Part shown: positions 1 to 7,658 of the stretch, piece by piece | Layout of the letters: each line of letters begins with the position of its first letter | Position numbering within the stretch: position 1 is the first letter of the stretch | Source of the DNA: Nemertoderma westbladi | Taxonomy: Eukaryota > Animalia > Xenacoelomorpha | Assembly: GCA_032718475.1 (NCBI GenBank) | Contig: JAUCBJ010008589.1 | Coordinates: 1-36,996 of the forward strand | DNA length: 36,996 nucleotides | Direction: 5' to 3' | Translations under genes and position numbers: made by a program | The notes under the pieces: generated by a model | The model's input: only the letters and a program-made list of their open reading frames with translations | Databases searched by the model: none | What the model was told of the DNA's origin: nothing

Positions 1-9
1 TTTTGGGGT

Positions 10-527
10 TGTTAGCTTATTCAATCCCGCCAACACCCCATAAAGTTATTAGCCGATAAGCAATATTGGGAGCCACGAGATTGGGCAATTAACCAACTCG
101 TGCCATCCCAATAAGAGTGGGAAGGAGACACACACAATAAGGGTCAGGGGTTACTCCCCTGACAAGAGAGAGAACAGCAAGGGCGAAGGGAAACACTCCA
201 AAGGGTGCCAACAGGGATATCAACCAATCAGAGGGGGGAAAGGCATCGATTGAGTAGCAATAAGGCCACCGTGCAATATAACCAGTAACCTGTAATCATT
301 CATTCAGTTTACTCAGTCAGATCAGTAGGGTGGAACGGGGACTTCTGTCACCGTCCGCTACCGCCATTATATATTACCTGTTGTGTCATACTATACTATA
401 TCAACTGTCAGACTATTATACCTTATACATATAACCGAACACCAGAACTCTTTTACCTTTCACACACGGCGGGGACGCGTGGATAGAAAACCCAACGGAT
501 AAACCGGGATCCGTAGATCCCGTCACA
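10..527 (+). repeat. 5' LTR (518 bp)
   Basis: Starts TGTTAG and ends CGTCACA. 10-280 appears identical by eye to 7122-7392. TATA-like AATATA at 275-280, initiator-like TCAGTT at about 304-309, terminal hairpin CGGGATC-CGTA-GATCCCG at 505-522. Confidence 0.9.
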
Positions 528-657
528 GTGACAGAACTAGATCCGCCCAGCTGCCCTGACAGAGATAGAATCCTAGCAGCTGCCCTAACAGTCTGACAGT
601 GATAGAACTAGATCTAACCAACTGACAGACTGTGGCTGCCAGCTACCAAAGGCAAAG

Positions 658-3600
658 ATGAGCCGAATAGGAGAGAAAGGAACGACACCGCCGCGGACCC
701 CGGACGACGATCTAACGATCCGCGAGGCCACGGCGAGACGATACGAACCCACGACGCCGGTCGATGCTACGCCGACCACGTCGACGCAGGTTGACGCTAC
801 GTCGATAACGAGCAACACGGCGAACCAAGATGTGGGGGGTCGTCTACCAGGAGAGAGCGAGTCGAGTAGAGGAGACGAGACGGGGGAGGAGGAAGACGAG
901 TCGACGTGGAGCGAGGGTCGACGTACCAATGTCACCGGTCAGCCACAGACCGAGGGCGACGGACGGCCCACCGGAACGGCAACGGTGGGGCCGCCGGTAC
1001 GACGTCGGACCCGGAGAGATGGAAGGGAGGTCGGCGACGAGGATGTCGGGGTTTCTGATCGACTTCGACGAGCCTACGCCGCGACCCGGGAACAACTGAA
1101 GGAAGCTAGAGGAGGGGTTGAGATAGACCAGGTGAAGTTGAGGAGACGACTAGGTGAGTCGAACAGATACTTTGATTACCTAGTGCGTTCTGGGCAGGGA
1201 GAACTGGCCGAGGAGAGAGCGAGAGGGGTTGCCTTCGAACTGTTTGGGCTATGGGAACGTAGGGGTATGGGGCCTGGTGTAGTGTACATAGGGCCATACT
1301 TAGTCGATGCCAGGGAAGTCAAGTTAGTGGGTTGGGCGGGACCGCACGAGGGCGAATCCGAGGTTAGCTCCGAGGATTCGGTCTCGTCGGTCAGCGAGAA
1401 CCCCGGAGAGCGGGGGAAAGTGAGTAGGACGGAGGGGCGGCGGGAGTCCGTCGCAACCTATAAGTCTGCTACATCCTCCGTAAAAGAAAGAAGGGTGCAG
1501 GAGACAAAACTGGCTGCATATAAATTAAAAATTGAAGAATTAGAGTGGCGACTGAGGGGAAGGAAGGAGCGAGAGAGTGAACGCGAAGAGCGTGAGGCAA
1601 GAGAACAGAGCGTGCGGTACACGTACAGTACGTACAGTAACCGTACGGGCGAGGGGGGTAGTAGTAGTGCGTTAGGAAATATTGGTATTAATAGTACCGT
1701 AGTAAATAACCCTAATCCCTTTATTACAGGAAATATTTTACCCGGTAGTAGTAATTTAAGTTTAAATTCAAATAATAATATTAATTCAAATATTCAGAAT
1801 AATCAAAATAATTCAAATAATTCGAATAGCAATTTAAATTTTGAAAATAATAACAACTCTAATTTAAATAATTTAAATAATTCCGTTTCAAATTCTAATA
1901 ATTCAATTGATTTAACAAATAATATTGGGAATGGTGCTATTAATATAAACGTGCCAGACGTGTATAGCCCGGCAGACGGCGGCCTGGTAGGCCACGTAGT
2001 TAGTAGACAGGAAGTGGCGGGGTTGCGCCAACCCGACGGCGGCCTGGTAGGCCACGTAGTTGGTAGGCAGGAGGTAGCGAGGTTGAGCCAACCCGGGGTG
2101 GGCCTGGTAGGCCTCGCAGTAGTAGGGAGAGAGGCGGGGGTGAATAGACCCAGCCGTAGTAGAGACAGTGTGTCGACTAGAGAGGGGTGTAGAGACGAAG
2201 TAAGAGATATTGAAATTAGATGTGGCGGGTGGGGGGGGGCTACGGGCGCCCCACCACATGAGATTAGCGGCGAGAGAGGGGGGGCAGAGAATGCCCCACA
2301 AGAGGGGTGTAGAAGTGTAGTAAGAGGTAGTGAAGTTAGAAGTGGCGGGTGGGGGGGGGCTACGGGCACCCCACCGCGAGAGATTAGTAGCGAGAGAGGG
2401 GGGGCAGGGAGTGTCCCACAGGCGTCGGCGGATAATGCGCGGGCCGAATTGGGTAAACCGCAACACCCGGCGATGGAGAGTGATAGGGGGATTGCGAGTA
2501 TCCCCAGCGGCGTGCGATCGAGCAGAGAGAGACGGGTTGACGTCGCGAGAGGGCGGGCGACGGAACGTCGAGCCCAGTTAGAAGAGAGAAGATTAGTAGA
2601 GTTTAATAGAGATGTCGAAGATAGGGGAAGATTAGTAGAGTATAATAGAGAGGTCGGAGATAGAAGAAGATTAGTAGAGTTTGGCCGAGAGGTCGAAGAG
2701 AGAAGGAGTGAAGATAGTAGAAGAGTCGTTGCTAGGAGCAACCGGAGAGCGAGGACGGATAGCGAGCCGTCGCTAGTAGAGATGGAGTTAGGGAGTCAGT
2801 GGGGTCGAACTTCGGGAGATTGCCGTCGCCCCGGAGAAACGCACCGCACGCCAGGAGAGGGGTACAGGACGTACCGATACGAAGACGAGAGCAAGATAGG
2901 GGATCGAAGAGAAGCTTCCCGACGGGATATAGCTGCCGATCGAGAGTACGGTAGTCGCGGGGAGATTCGAGATTCGAGAAGAATAAACTTCGATTCGGAA
3001 GGGCACATGCAGACTGCAGGACATACTGTAGGCCTTACTGCACATACTATTATAGGCCATGCTGGGAGAGATAGAGTAGGCGATAGGGTAGCGCGGACGA
3101 CGGGATTAAACCCGGAAGTCGCGGAGTACATACCGGTAGGTAGGCGAGAGGTAGGTAGGCCTATATCGGTACAGCAGCATGACTATAATTTCCAGGGACA
3201 TAACATATATCCAGGGGAGGGGAGGGTTATTGTAGATAGATGTATGGGCCCCAATATATTAACATCAACCCCAGTACTAAACATACCTGTGGGAGGGGGA
3301 CAGGGTGACATTCCCCCATCACAATATCAACAATATACCCCAATAGGAGCGAGAACATCGAACCCCTTGGACGAGAACAGATCGTGCGACACGGAAATAT
3401 GGAGGGGGCCGTTACCCCCAATGATATACCCGACGCAACAAGCAAAGTCAACAGCAGATAGGACGAACGGACCGTACCCAGTAAGAGAAACTATACAACA
3501 TCCATCGAACCCATTGGAAGCGCAGGCGATGGGGATGGCCACGTTAATCGATGCTTTAAAAACTAGGATCGAGTTACCACCTGTGGAACCATTTAAATTC

Positions 3601-5751
3601 GATGGGAGTAGGCCGGAAGAATATCTACAGTTTCGGCGTATGTATAGTAACGAAATATTAAGTAAGAACTTGACGCAGGCGGAGTGCCTAAAATATCTGC
3701 AAGTATATACAGGAGGCCCAGCATACGACATCGTGAGGCAATACCAGGGCATCGAGGGCGGCTTCACGACAGCATGGCGGGCGCTAGATAGGGAATACGG
3801 GCACCCGGCCAAGATCATCCGGCAAACCCTGAGAGGCATAACATCGGGTGGCCTACAGGATAATCCCGTTAGCATAAGGACCTTTGCAAACAAGGTCGAG
3901 AAGGCGTTAATCGTGTTAAAGACGCTAGGCGCACCATACGAACTCAACGCGTCTAACAACATCACCACGATAGCGCAGGCACTGCCGATCTGGTTACGAA
4001 GGAAGTGGAGGAAGATAGCCTTCTCCACACGGGAGAAGAAGGGTGCGGAACCGGGCTTAGAAGAGATGTCGAGCTTCCTCAACTATGAAGCCGAATTAAT
4101 AACAGACCCAGTCTATAGCGAGGATAGTTTGGGGACAAGCCATAAACCCGAACACGATCCTGCAGATCCACTCCCGAGAGTAGGACAATCACTACCACAT
4201 GCGGCCACACAGGGGACTGCTAGTCCACAGTTAGCTGGTAGTAGGGCCACACCGTGGCGGGGACAGAAAGAAAATAACACCATAAATAAACATAATCCCA
4301 ATGTACCCAGTAGGCCGAGTACAGACAACCAAAACACTAAATCGGTACATATAAACCTACGCGCGATACGTGAGGGACTATACAGGGAACGCTATAATCC
4401 AGGATTCGAATGTCAATTACATCGAGACGGAACACATAAGACCAGGAGTTGTAAGCACTGGCAAGCGTTGCCCAAACAAGATCGTATAGCCTACACAGAC
4501 GCGAACGGACTATGTCATCGATGTGTGGTAGAAGGACACAGATCCGGAGAGTGTAGAGAAACAGCAGTTAGAGAGTCCGAGACTGGAGGCCAGGCAATGG
4601 CCACAAGCACGACAGAGGAGGAGAAGAAGAGAAAAGTACTACTCGGGGTAGTACCAGTAAAGATATCAGGAGAGGGCGGTCGATCAGTAACGACATTAAT
4701 GCTGGTCGACAGCGGAGCAGCCTTCACGCTGGTGGAGAACTGGGTGGCCGAAGAGATAGGGCTAAAGACAAGGCCGAATAGAATGGCGGTGACTACCGTC
4801 TCGAGTAAAGATGAGGTCCTGGAGACGAGGGCGGGGCGGTGCAGGATAGCAGCGATTGCACCGGGATATGACTATGGGGCGACGATCGACCCCATCCACG
4901 TCATAGAATCGATAAACATCAACGCCAGGCGACCAACCAACATTGAGGTCGAGCAATATAGATTCCTGGACGGTATCGATTTCTCAATACCAAAGGTGGA
5001 CGTTAGGAAGGTGTCCATTATAGTAGGGATGGACTGCCCGACGGCCCACGAGAGAACGAAGACGGTCTTCGGCGAAGACAGGCAGCGGGACCCGACGGCG
5101 ATCCTCACGCCGTTCGGATGGACGCTTAGCGGCCCAGTTAAAACCAACATCCCATGCAGTGTGACAGAGACATCTGGGTGCATGATACCAGGCACCGAAG
5201 ACGCAGAGGAAGTAGAGGAGAAACAAGAGATAGTAGAGCCAAATAGGGAGGTGACGGTAAGAAAGTGGGCAGAGGAGAGTAGGTTTCCCAGCAAGTATCG
5301 GTATGGAGATGGAGCGGAGCGGACGGCGAGGTGTCCGGAGGACAACACTCCGGGGGAGTGCCCGGAGGAGTGTCGGAAGGAGTGTCTAGAGGAGTGTCCA
5401 GAGGAGTGTCCGGAAGAGACGCAGGTCCGGTTTGGAGGCATACCGACAAGGGGGAAGTCGAGAAGGAAGGCAGGACGGAAAGGGATAGGACTACTATTGT
5501 ACCTACTGTTCTGCCTGTTCTTTCACTTTCTATTCATTCTACCGGCGGGAGACAACAAGGAGGGAGGTGGCATTTTGATGCCAGGAGATGAGCTAGTTAA
5601 GAAGGCGGCGGAGAGACCCGATTTCAGGGTGGCAGAAGAGGGAGAACCAATTCCTGGTGAGATGGAATTGGCAAAGAGAGTGCGGCGAATCCTACAGGAC
5701 CTACAAGAGCAGCAGTGGGAGAGTGCCTGTTGGAAGAATCGCCCTAGTTAG
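658..5751 (+). CDS. BEL/Pao-like Gag-protease polyprotein, 1697 aa, lacking RT/RNase H/integrase
   Basis: ELPPVEPFKFDGSRPEEYLQF resembles the Pao Gag (DUF1759-type) start. Zinc knuckles CQLHRDGTHKTRSC and CHRCVVEGHRSGEC (CX2CX4HX4C). Protease active site LVDSGAAFTLV and Pao-typical PTAILTPFGWTLSGP. Long low-complexity N-terminus; C-terminal PEEC repeats and a hydrophobic helix. Confidence 0.88.
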   Translation: MSRIGEKGTTPPRTPDDDLTIREATARRYEPTTPVDATPTTSTQVDATSITSNTANQDVGGRLPGESESSRGDETGEEEDESTWSEGRRTNVTGQPQTEGDGRPTGTATVGPPVRRRTRRDGREVGDEDVGVSDRLRRAYAATREQLKEARGGVEIDQVKLRRRLGESNRYFDYLVRSGQGELAEERARGVAFELFGLWERRGMGPGVVYIGPYLVDAREVKLVGWAGPHEGESEVSSEDSVSSVSENPGERGKVSRTEGRRESVATYKSATSSVKERRVQETKLAAYKLKIEELEWRLRGRKERESEREEREAREQSVRYTYSTYSNRTGEGGSSSALGNIGINSTVVNNPNPFITGNILPGSSNLSLNSNNNINSNIQNNQNNSNNSNSNLNFENNNNSNLNNLNNSVSNSNNSIDLTNNIGNGAININVPDVYSPADGGLVGHVVSRQEVAGLRQPDGGLVGHVVGRQEVARLSQPGVGLVGLAVVGREAGVNRPSRSRDSVSTREGCRDEVRDIEIRCGGWGGATGAPPHEISGERGGAENAPQEGCRSVVRGSEVRSGGWGGATGTPPREISSERGGAGSVPQASADNARAELGKPQHPAMESDRGIASIPSGVRSSRERRVDVARGRATERRAQLEERRLVEFNRDVEDRGRLVEYNREVGDRRRLVEFGREVEERRSEDSRRVVARSNRRARTDSEPSLVEMELGSQWGRTSGDCRRPGETHRTPGEGYRTYRYEDESKIGDRREASRRDIAADREYGSRGEIRDSRRINFDSEGHMQTAGHTVGLTAHTIIGHAGRDRVGDRVARTTGLNPEVAEYIPVGRREVGRPISVQQHDYNFQGHNIYPGEGRVIVDRCMGPNILTSTPVLNIPVGGGQGDIPPSQYQQYTPIGARTSNPLDENRSCDTEIWRGPLPPMIYPTQQAKSTADRTNGPYPVRETIQHPSNPLEAQAMGMATLIDALKTRIELPPVEPFKFDGSRPEEYLQFRRMYSNEILSKNLTQAECLKYLQVYTGGPAYDIVRQYQGIEGGFTTAWRALDREYGHPAKIIRQTLRGITSGGLQDNPVSIRTFANKVEKALIVLKTLGAPYELNASNNITTIAQALPIWLRRKWRKIAFSTREKKGAEPGLEEMSSFLNYEAELITDPVYSEDSLGTSHKPEHDPADPLPRVGQSLPHAATQGTASPQLAGSRATPWRGQKENNTINKHNPNVPSRPSTDNQNTKSVHINLRAIREGLYRERYNPGFECQLHRDGTHKTRSCKHWQALPKQDRIAYTDANGLCHRCVVEGHRSGECRETAVRESETGGQAMATSTTEEEKKRKVLLGVVPVKISGEGGRSVTTLMLVDSGAAFTLVENWVAEEIGLKTRPNRMAVTTVSSKDEVLETRAGRCRIAAIAPGYDYGATIDPIHVIESININARRPTNIEVEQYRFLDGIDFSIPKVDVRKVSIIVGMDCPTAHERTKTVFGEDRQRDPTAILTPFGWTLSGPVKTNIPCSVTETSGCMIPGTEDAEEVEEKQEIVEPNREVTVRKWAEESRFPSKYRYGDGAERTARCPEDNTPGECPEECRKECLEECPEECPEETQVRFGGIPTRGKSRRKAGRKGIGLLLYLLFCLFFHFLFILPAGDNKEGGGILMPGDELVKKAAERPDFRVAEEGEPIPGEMELAKRVRRILQDLQEQQWESACWKNRPS

Positions 5752-5901
5752 GAGATTTAGTCGTCCAATATTTTGGACTGAGGGGGGTGGGAATGAGGGC
5801 GAGACGCCCTTCCCACAAAAATAATTATTTAATTTAAATAAACAATAATAAATAATTAAATAATTAAAATAATAGTTAGTAGAAAGTAGCAGTGGTAGAG
5901 A

Positions 5902-6616
5902 GGTTGTGGGCACCGTTAGCGCCACGTAGAAAGTAGTAAGAGATGGGTTGTGGGCACCGGAAGCGCCACGTAGAAAGTAGTAAGAGATGGGTTGTGGGCA
6001 CCGGAAGCGCCACGTAGAAAGTAGTAGGAGAGAGTGGTTGTGGGCACCGGAAGCGCCACGTAGAAAGTAGCGGTGGTAGAGAGGTTGTGGGCACCGGAAG
6101 CGCCACGTAGAAAGTAGCAGAGAGTGGTTGTGGGCACCGCAAGCGCCACGTAGAAAGTAGTAGCAGAGATTGGTTGTGGGCACCGCAAGCGCCACGTAGA
6201 TAGAGGTGGTGAAAGAGTGGTTGTGGGCACCGCAAGCGCCACGTAGAGAGTAGAAAGGGGTAGACTAGTAGAGTTAGAAAGATAGTAGCAGAGTAGAAGC
6301 AGTAGTAGTGTGGTTGTGGGCACCGTTAGCGCCACGTAGATGGAGGTAGAGTTAGTAAGAGGGTACATAGTACCGGTTGTGGTTGTGGGCACCGTTAGCG
6401 CCACGTAGATGGAGGTAGAGTTAGTAAGAGGGTACATAGTACCGGTTGTGGTTGTGGGCACCGTTAGCGCCACGTAGATGGAGGTAGAGTTAGTAAGAGG
6501 GTACGTAGTACCGGTTGTGGTTGTGGGCACCGTTAGCGCCACGTAGATGGAGATAGAGTTAGTAAGAGGGTACGTAGTACCGGTTGTGGTTGTGGGCACC
6601 GTTAGCGCCACGTAGA
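5902..6616 (+). repeat. Array of 13 x 29-bp conserved repeats GGTTGTGGGCACCG(TT/GA/CA)AGCGCCACGTAGA with 14-64 bp purine-rich spacers, in the 3' non-coding region of the LTR element
   Basis: Copies start at about 5902, 5946, 5990, 6036, 6083, 6126, 6172, 6219, 6312, 6381, 6450, 6519 and 6588. Only two central bases vary. Confidence 0.92.
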
Positions 6617-7083
6617 TAGAGATAGAGTTAGTTGGAGGATTTTAGTAGAAGAGTTGGTAAGAGTTAGTAGACTTAGCAGAGAGTAGAGTTAGATAGTTAG
6701 AGTTAGTAAGTTAGATAAGGTAGATAGTATGATAGCACAGGGGTAGCATTAGAGATTAGGGCCTTAGGGAGTGGCAGAGAGTAGAGAGGAGATAGTGAGA
6801 AGAGCTGTTGGCGAGAAGTTAGAGTGCGATTCAGGTGTGGGGAGAGTGTAAGAGTGGGGAGAGAGCGAGTTGAGTCAGAGAGCTGAGTTAGAGTGGCGAG
6901 AGTGTTGGGGAAACAAAAATTGTGTGAGAGAGCGCACGATCGGCCCGACACGAGACGCCAGAGGGTAGTGACATCATACCCATAGGGAGCGGCCCGGAAA
7001 GCCGGCTCCGAAAAGAAAATAACTCCACCCCACACCCGATACTAGATCGGGATCCAGCGGGATTGTAACGCACTTTTTGGTTG

Positions 7084-7121
7084 ATGCTATCTTCTTACCG
7101 GGAAGATAGCATGGGGGGGAG
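7084..7121 (+). promoter_or_regulatory. 11-bp stem-loop followed by the polypurine tract (plus-strand primer)
   Basis: ATGCTATCTTC-TTACCGG-GAAGATAGCAT (7084-7112), then GGGGGGGAG (7113-7121) abutting the TG of the 3' LTR. Confidence 0.8.
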
Positions 7122-7658
7122 TGTTAGCTTATTCAATCCCGCCAACACCCCATAAAGTTATTAGCCGATAAGCAATATTGGGAGCCACGAGATTGGGCAA
7201 TTAACCAACTCGTGCCATCCCAATAAGAGTGGGAAGGAGACACACACAATAAGGGTCAGGGGTTACTCCCCTGACAAGAGAGAGAACAGCAAGGGCGAAG
7301 GGAAACACTCCAAAGGGTGCCAACAGGGATATCAACCAATCAGAGGGGGGAAAGGCATCGATTGAGTAGCAATAAGGCCACCGTGCAATATATTACCGGT
7401 CGTGCTATCCATTCACTTCAGTTATCTCAGTCTGTCACTACAGTCACGGTAGTACGGTGACAATTTAGACCATCACCGCCGTCACCAATCACATATCATT
7501 CAGTATACCGGTTAACTGTGCTATCTACTATCACTCTGTATTATATATATATCAGTCCATAATAACGACACTGGAACAACAACTCTTTTCATTCACACGG
7601 CGGGGACGCGTACATAAGCGACACCGGATAAACCGGGATCCTCTCGGATCCCGTCACA
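7122..7658 (+). repeat. 3' LTR (537 bp)
   Basis: TGTTAG...CGTCACA. First 271 bp match the 5' LTR; the remainder is clearly homologous but diverged. Terminal hairpin CGGGATCC-TCTC-GGATCCCG. Confidence 0.9.

Larger units (their letters stand above)
10..7658 (+). mobile_element. Non-autonomous BEL/Pao-type LTR retrotransposon (Gag+protease only, TR-GAG-like)
   Basis: Two TG...CA-bounded LTRs (10-527, 7122-7658) and a polypurine tract GGGGGGGAG directly before the 3' LTR. The single internal ORF has Pao-type Gag, zinc knuckles and an aspartic protease. No RT, RNase H or integrase coding seen. No TSD (left GGGGT, right TAATT). Confidence 0.9.

Noticed and set aside
1-10. TTTTGGGG ciliate-type telomere repeat
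   Set aside because: Single copy at the window edge; genes use the standard code and metazoan-like architecture.
585-5591. Antisense and alternative-frame ORFs overlapping Gag
   Set aside because: Shadows of a GC-rich, purine-biased coding strand; no recognisable motifs.
5749-5820. Stop-codon readthrough or frameshift into pol
   Set aside because: A second in-frame TAG follows two codons later, and no pol-like coding sequence lies downstream in any listed frame.
5701-6611. Minus-strand ORFs of 119-231 aa
   Set aside because: Translations of the repeat array; no domain content.
5902-6616. True CRISPR array
   Set aside because: Eukaryotic LTR-element context, no cas genes, and spacers are related low-complexity sequences, some duplicated and of uneven length.
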